Source: Alphaproteobacteria bacterium
Lineage (GTDB): Bacteria; Pseudomonadota; Alphaproteobacteria; SP197
Direction of reading: 5' to 3'
NCBI GenBank assembly: GCA_965228895.1
Contig: OZ245842.1
Location: 3,584,001 to 3,648,000, forward strand
Length of the DNA stretch: 64,000 bases
The notes below the pieces were generated by a model. That model had not been told where the DNA came from. It did not search any database and saw only the letters and a list, made by a program, of their open reading frames with translations. Shown piece after piece: positions 58,728-64,000 of the stretch. The translations under genes and the position numbers were made by a program. Position 1 is the first letter of the stretch, and every line of letters starts with the position of its first letter.

Positions 58728-59966
58728 TCAGGTCTCGCCTGGACGATCGATGATGACGGTCTCGCTGGTCAGGGTCTGGTGGACCGGGCAGCGCTCGGCG
58801 ATTTCCAACAGGCGCTGCCGCTGATCGGCATCAAGGTCACCTTCCAGATCGATGGTGCGCTCGATGCGGTCGACGCGGCCTTCCTCGGTCTCGCACTCCG
58901 CGCAATCCTCAGCGTGGATCTTCTTGTGCGAAAGCGTGATAGCGGTTCGTTTCAGCGGCCACTTCTTGCGGTTGGCGTACATCCTGAGCGTCATCGAGGT
59001 GCAGGCGCCAAGTGCTGCGAGCAGCAGATCGTAGGGCCCGGGGCCGCCGTCCAGGCCGCCGACATCCATCGGCTCGTCGGCAACGAAACGGTGGCGGCCG
59101 GCCTCCACCGTCTGCCCGAACGGTCCCATACCGGATTCCGAGACGCGCACCGTGCCTGGCGGCAGCGCCGCCCCGTCCGCTGCCTCAGCCTCGGTATTCT
59201 CCGGCGCCGGCAGATACCGTTCGGCCCAGGCCGCGAGCACACTGGCGACGTAGAGGCTATCGGCTTTGCCGGTCAGCAGGTGGTCGGCGTCATCCAGCGA
59301 GACGAAACTCTTGGGGTGTTTGGCCGCGTTATAGATATGCCCGGCGTTCTCCACACCGACGGTCTGATCGAGCGGTGAATGGAACACGATCAGCGCCTTT
59401 TTCAGTTTGGCGACATCATCCAGCAGTTTCTGGTTCTCCAGATCCTCCAGGAACTGTCGGCGGATAGTGAAGGGTCTGCCACCCAAATTGACTGCCGCCT
59501 CGCCGTCTTCTTCGATCTCACAGATCGCATCGTCAAACAGATGCTCGACATGCGTGGGATCGGCCGGCGCGCCGATGGTGGCGACCGCGACCGCTTCGGG
59601 AATCCGGCTCGCCGCCGACAACACAGCCGCCCCGCCCAAACTGTGGCCGATCAGCAGCGCCGGCGGCTTTTCATGCTGCCTGAGCCAATCGGCCGCTGCC
59701 AGGATGTCATCGACATTGGACGAAAAGTTCGTGTTGGCGAAATCGCCCTCGCTGCCGCCCAGCCCGGTAAAGTCAAAGCGCAGCACACCGAAACCCAGTT
59801 CGCTCAACGCGCGCGATACCCTGGCTGGCGCCAGGCTGTCCTTCGAACACGAAAAGCAATGGGCGAACAGTGCGACCGCGTGCAATTCGCCATCCGGCAG
59901 GTCCACGCGCGCCGCAAGTTTTCCGCCCATGGATCCGGGAAACTCAATCTTCTTTGATCGCGCCAA
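58728..59966 (-). CDS. Bifunctional alpha/beta hydrolase / OsmC family protein
   Basis: LFAHCFSC, RFDFTGLG.SEG, GHSLGG, ADHLL; ADEP..GG.D.GP.PYDLLLAALGACT, RCPVH. Confidence 0.93.
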   Translation of the reverse strand: MARSKKIEFPGSMGGKLAARVDLPDGELHAVALFAHCFSCSKDSLAPARVSRALSELGFGVLRFDFTGLGGSEGDFANTNFSSNVDDILAAADWLRQHEKPPALLIGHSLGGAAVLSAASRIPEAVAVATIGAPADPTHVEHLFDDAICEIEEDGEAAVNLGGRPFTIRRQFLEDLENQKLLDDVAKLKKALIVFHSPLDQTVGVENAGHIYNAAKHPKSFVSLDDADHLLTGKADSLYVASVLAAWAERYLPAPENTEAEAADGAALPPGTVRVSESGMGPFGQTVEAGRHRFVADEPMDVGGLDGGPGPYDLLLAALGACTSMTLRMYANRKKWPLKRTAITLSHKKIHAEDCAECETEEGRVDRIERTIDLEGDLDADQRQRLLEIAERCPVHQTLTSETVIIDRPGET

Positions 59967-59993
59967 CCTTACCTCCCCTATCGCGTCGCCCGC

Positions 59994-60956
59994 CTAGCTG
60001 CCGTGCAGTTCATCGGCCACAAAAGCCGCAATCACGTCGTCGATCGTCGCATCACCCTCGAACCCCAAACGGCCGGCCCGGCGCGCGACGATAGCGCGCG
60101 GCCAGCCATCGACGATGCTTTGGATCGCCGGGTCGTGCTGGAACGAAATTCGATTGGCCGCCTCATCGCCGCCGGCGCGGCGCACCGCCTCGACTATCTC
60201 TGCCATGGTGACGGTGATGCCGGGCAGCAGGACGGAACGGTCGTGACCCAGTTTTTCGTCGGCGAGGCCGGCGACCCAGACAAAGGCGTCGATGGCGCGG
60301 CGCGGCGACAGGATCACCATGCTGCTTTCCGGCGTCACCGGACAGGCGAAATCGACGCCGCTTAGGGGCTCGCGCGCGATGCCGCTGGCAAAACCCGAGG
60401 CCGCACGGTTCGGTTTGCCGGGACGCACGACGATCGTCGGCAGGCGCACCGTCCGGCCGTCGATCAGGCCGCGCCGGGTGAAGTCCATGACCATCAGTTC
60501 GCCCGCCACCTTCTGCACGCCATAGGACGTCGCCGGCGTCAGTGGTGTCGTGTCGTCGATGGTCGCCGGCAGGTCGCCGCCATAGGCCGCGATGGAGCTG
60601 GAGAAAACCAGCAGCGGATTGCGCCGGCCACTGCGGCATGCCTGCAAGACGTTGCGCGTGCCGTCCAGATTGACGCTTAAACCCAGATCCAGGTCCTGCT
60701 CCGCCTCACCGCTAACAACGGCGCCCAGATGGAACACAGCGTCGGCGTCGGCGACCACGCCGGTCACCTGATCGGGGTCGGTCAGGTCACCAACCACGGT
60801 TAGAACACGCGCGTTGTCAAAAAACGTATTGCCGGCCATGCGGTCAAACAAAACGAGCTGGTCGATCGTCTGCCCGTTCAGGCGTCCGTCAGCAAGCAGC
60901 CGTTCGGCAAGTTTGCGGCCGAGGAACCCAACGCCCCCGGTGATGACGACTTTCAA
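59994..60956 (-). CDS. denD: D-erythronate dehydrogenase-like NAD-dependent epimerase/dehydratase
   Basis: ITGGVGFLG, HLGAVVSGEAE, SYGVQK, RLPTIVVRPGKPNRAASGFASGI; TTG start overlapping the upstream stop. Confidence 0.8.
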   Translation of the reverse strand: MKVVITGGVGFLGRKLAERLLADGRLNGQTIDQLVLFDRMAGNTFFDNARVLTVVGDLTDPDQVTGVVADADAVFHLGAVVSGEAEQDLDLGLSVNLDGTRNVLQACRSGRRNPLLVFSSSIAAYGGDLPATIDDTTPLTPATSYGVQKVAGELMVMDFTRRGLIDGRTVRLPTIVVRPGKPNRAASGFASGIAREPLSGVDFACPVTPESSMVILSPRRAIDAFVWVAGLADEKLGHDRSVLLPGITVTMAEIVEAVRRAGGDEAANRISFQHDPAIQSIVDGWPRAIVARRAGRLGFEGDATIDDVIAAFVADELHGS

Positions 60957-61873
60957 GGTGCAAGCTCGCTTCGCGCCGCGGCTAGCGCGCGCACGTGGTC
61001 GGGACCCAGGCCGCAGCAGCCGCCAATCAGGCGCGCGCCCCATTCGACCCAGTTCTTGGCCTCATGCACCAGGTCGGCGGGCTCGATGATGTCGACGAAC
61101 TGCCAGTTGGGCATCGTGAAGTAGCCGGATTCCGGATAGACCCCAAGCGGGCCGGACCAGCGCGCCTTGACCATGGCGAGCGCGTCCTCGGTGACGCGGA
61201 TATCGCTGTGCATGATGTTGACGACGTCGGGATCCATCGGCAGCAACGCGTCCAGAACGTCAGCGAAGCGAATGTCGGGGTAGTCGAAAGCGACGAGCTC
61301 GTCGTTGCCCTCCGCGCGGCCGCACGACATACCAAGCCAGACCGGCAAGCGGCTACGTTTCGCGGCCGCCATTGCCAGCGGCGCACGATCCAGATCCTCC
61401 ATCATCTCCAGCGCGATCGCGTCGACGCCCTCTTCCTCGAACACGCGCACCATCAGGTCGAAGCCTTTGGCTGCCTCGTCGGTGGTCGGCGGCGCGACCG
61501 GACTGTCGATATCGCCACCGGCGCCCATGGTCGAGATCGAGCCGATGACCGCGACGTCGGGCCGACCGGCGGCAAGACGCGCCTGATGGGCCAGCCGCAC
61601 AGCCTGACGCAGGCCGTCTTCGGCCTGATCGGCGTAGCGTGTCTTGGCCAGCATGAAGGGCGACATGCCGAAGGTGTTGGTGATGATCGCCTCGGCGCCA
61701 GCGTCGATGTAATCACGGTGGGCGGCGATAACGGCGTCTGGATAGTCAATGACGGCCGCGCCACTCCAGGCCAGTGCATCCATCGGCACGCCACGGTGCT
61801 CCAACTCGGTACCCATAGCGCCATCGATGATGACGAGCTCACCACCACGCAGTCTTTCTTCGATCGTCGCCAA
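60953..61873 (-). CDS. Homocysteine S-methyltransferase family protein
   Basis: IIDGAMGTEL, HRDYIDAGA..IITNTF, IGGCCG Zn motif. Confidence 0.9.
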   Translation of the reverse strand: MATIEERLRGGELVIIDGAMGTELEHRGVPMDALAWSGAAVIDYPDAVIAAHRDYIDAGAEAIITNTFGMSPFMLAKTRYADQAEDGLRQAVRLAHQARLAAGRPDVAVIGSISTMGAGGDIDSPVAPPTTDEAAKGFDLMVRVFEEEGVDAIALEMMEDLDRAPLAMAAAKRSRLPVWLGMSCGRAEGNDELVAFDYPDIRFADVLDALLPMDPDVVNIMHSDIRVTEDALAMVKARWSGPLGVYPESGYFTMPNWQFVDIIEPADLVHEAKNWVEWGARLIGGCCGLGPDHVRALAAARSELAP

Positions 61874-62019
61874 CGCCCGTCTCCCCTGAGCCAGTTAGGA
61901 GACTGTTATAGCAAGCCGCATCACCGCGGGCGATGGCCCACGGTGCGGACGATGGCTGAGATCTACTGTTTGGTAACGCGCTCGGCGATCAGGCTTTCTT
62001 GGACGCTCTTTCGTTGACG

Positions 62020-62211
62020 CTACGAGACGGCGGCTTGGCCACAATCACTGTCCGGGCAAGCATTGGCCGCGCCACGGCGCTTCCGCTTTGGCGAATCGGC
62101 CGAATCGCAGGTCGAACCATCACGCGAAGATGCCTTTGGCGCCGCGCTGTGCACGGTTGCAAAGCCGGAGGAACTGGCAACGGCGACGGTGCCAGGTTTC
62201 TTCTTTTCCAT
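62020..62211 (-). CDS. Putative small protein (63 aa)
   Basis: RBS AAGGGAG 6 nt before the ATG at 62211; promoter-like elements upstream; fills an otherwise empty gap. Confidence 0.45.
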   Translation of the reverse strand: MEKKKPGTVAVASSSGFATVHSAAPKASSRDGSTCDSADSPKRKRRGAANACPDSDCGQAAVS

Positions 62212-62245
62212 GAGCATCTCCCTTGTGTTTGAGCCACTGGGCGGG

Positions 62246-62279
62246 CTTATAGCCACCAGCCGTGACACCGTCGTGACAT
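62246..62279 (-). promoter_or_regulatory. Pho-box-like tandem repeat (aTGTCAC-N4-gTGTCAC), 10 nt, then -10 element TATAAG
   Basis: 11-bp-period direct repeat in place of a -35, 10 nt from the -10, as in PhoB-activated promoters. Confidence 0.55.
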
Positions 62280-62375
62280 GCGCGGGCCACAACCCATACA
62301 TGACAAACCGGTGTCTTGACCGGGATAGGATGAACAACTTATGGAGGAACTGCGCCTCTGGAGGGTCAGCATAGC

Positions 62376-63596
62376 ATGACCAGCAGCCATGACGAACGGT
62401 TACGTGACGGCCTCGACCAACTAAAGGCCGAAGGACGCTATCGCATCTTTGCCGATTTGGAGCGTATTGCCGGGCGTTTCCCGCGTGCCCACCACCGTGA
62501 TGAAACAGGTGAGGTTCGTGAGGTAACCGTCTGGTGCTCCAACGATTATTTGGGTATGGGCCAGCACGAAAAAGTTGTATCGGCAATGCACGACACGCTG
62601 GACAACTGCGGTGCCGGCGCCGGCGGCACCCGTAACATTTCCGGCACCACGCACAATCACGTTTTGTTGGAAAAGGAGCTCGCCGGTCTGCACGGCAAGG
62701 AATCGGCCCTGCTGTTCACCTCCGGCTATGTCGCCAATCAGACGACCCTGGCCACACTGGGCCGCCACCTGAAGGGCTGCGTCATCCTGTCGGACGCCGA
62801 CAACCACGCCTCGATGATCGACGGCATCCGGGCTAGCGGCGCCGAGAAGCACATCTTCCGCCACAGCGATGCCAAGGACCTCGACCGGTTGCTCGGCGAA
62901 GTTCCCGCCGAACGGCCCAAGCTCGTCGCCTTCGAAAGCGTCTATTCCATGGATGGCGACATCGCGCCGATCGCTGACCTGTGCGACGTCGCGGAGCGCC
63001 ACGGCGCGATGACCTATCTGGACGAGGTGCACGCGGTCGGCCTCTACGGTCCCCACGGCGCCGGCGTTGCCGAGCGTGACGGCGTCGCCGACCGGCTCGA
63101 CATCATCCAGGGCACGCTGGGCAAGGCCTTTGGATGCATGGGCGGCTACATCGCCGGCTCCTCCACCCTGTGCGACTTCGTCAGAAGCCACGGTTCCGGA
63201 TTCATCTTCACCACATCCCTGCCGCCGATGCTTCTGGCCGGCGCGCTGGCCAGTGTGCGTCACCTGAAGACGAGCAATACCGAACGCGAACGCCACCAGG
63301 AGCGCGCGCGGCGGCTGAAGGATCTGCTTGCCGCCGCCGGTCTTCCGGTGGTCATGACGCCCAGCCACATCGTGCCGGTCATGGTTGGCGATGCCACCGC
63401 CTGCAAGCAGGCGAGCGACCTCCTGCTCAGTGAGCATGCGATCTATGTCCAGCCGATCAACTACCCGACGGTGCCGCGCGGCACCGAACGGCTGCGCATC
63501 ACGCCGACGCCGCTGCACGGCGACACGGAGATGGACCAACTGGTCAACGCTCTCACGGACGTCTGGTCACGGCTGGGTCTGAAACACGCGGCCTAG
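62376..63596 (+). CDS. hemA: 5-aminolevulinate synthase
   Basis: [54 protein letters not shown] (PLP Lys), [16 protein letters not shown]. Confidence 0.97.
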   Translation: MTSSHDERLRDGLDQLKAEGRYRIFADLERIAGRFPRAHHRDETGEVREVTVWCSNDYLGMGQHEKVVSAMHDTLDNCGAGAGGTRNISGTTHNHVLLEKELAGLHGKESALLFTSGYVANQTTLATLGRHLKGCVILSDADNHASMIDGIRASGAEKHIFRHSDAKDLDRLLGEVPAERPKLVAFESVYSMDGDIAPIADLCDVAERHGAMTYLDEVHAVGLYGPHGAGVAERDGVADRLDIIQGTLGKAFGCMGGYIAGSSTLCDFVRSHGSGFIFTTSLPPMLLAGALASVRHLKTSNTERERHQERARRLKDLLAAAGLPVVMTPSHIVPVMVGDATACKQASDLLLSEHAIYVQPINYPTVPRGTERLRITPTPLHGDTEMDQLVNALTDVWSRLGLKHAA

Positions 63597-63620
63597 GTCG
63601 TTTCCGGTTTAGTTGGCATC

Positions 63621-63690
63621 GCCGGCCCACTCCCCCTCCCGACCACCCCGAGGATGCTGCCATGGGTGGCCGGGAGGGGAGCGGGCCGGC
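63621..63690. repeat. Long imperfect inverted repeat (about 27-bp arms) between convergent genes
   Basis: GCCGGCCCACTCCCCCTCCCGACCACCC ... GGGTGGCCGGGAGGGGAGCGGGCCGGC. Confidence 0.7.
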
Positions 63691-63737
63691 GCCGAACCAG
63701 CGTCAGCGAGAAAGATTCTAGACCGGGCCTTGGCGCG

Positions 63738-64000
63738 CTACCGCTCATCGTCTCTGGATGCCGCCAGGTAGTCCTGTAGCGGCCGGTCAACCTCGATAAT
63801 ATGGTTGAGGGAGGCCTCCAGGTACTCCGCGAGTTCGCTGCTCAACTGCTGCAGGTTTTCCAGGTTGATCAGCCGGTAGATGCTATGCAGCACGTCGATC
63901 AAGCCCTCGTGGCTCGCCTGATGTTCGGCGGCATCGGGATAACGGCATCGTTCCATCACCGCGACCTCGTTGTCGAAATGCGTTTGCTGATGGATCTGTA
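63738..64000 (-). CDS. Bacteriohemerythrin-like protein (5' end outside the window)
   Basis: THFDNEVAVM..C.YP.AAEHQASH...HIIEVD iron-ligand pattern. Confidence 0.8.
   Translation of the reverse strand, partial: QIHQQTHFDNEVAVMERCRYPDAAEHQASHEGLIDVLHSIYRLINLENLQQLSSELAEYLEASLNHIIEVDRPLQDYLAASRDDER

Noticed and set aside
62217-62376. FNR (TTGAT-N4-ATCAA) or PpsR (TGT-N12-ACA) sites upstream of hemA
   Set aside because: No adequate match seen

Overview
Gene-dense, GC-rich window, most likely from a marine alphaproteobacterial chromosome. The placement rests on a Shemin-pathway ALA synthase (hemA), an alpha-type DinB with an N-terminal Zn ribbon, the DMSP demethylase dmdA and choline sulfatase betC. 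It holds about 60 CDS: metabolic and detoxification enzymes, an RND pump, regulators, two class III cyclase-TPR genes (one split by three single-base insertions) and one decayed methyltransferase. I found no rRNA, tRNA, CRISPR array, integrase or transposase. The strongest candidates for undescribed biology are: (1) a signal-peptide-bearing isoaspartyl methyltransferase translationally coupled to an 808-aa polytopic SAM-binding membrane protein, possibly an extracytoplasmic protein-repair system; (2) a TetR gene plus a five-gene operon directly after dmdA, each preceded by the same 24-bp palindromic operator; (3) an unannotated 63-aa ORF behind a correctly spaced Pho-box-type promoter, divergent from hemA; (4) tandem CelD/BcsL-type GNAT-TPR paralogues; (5) a 35-bp operator duplicated in front of two adjacent genes. 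A 139-bp MITE-like repeat supplies the stop codon of one gene. Family calls come from motif recognition only; no database searches were run.
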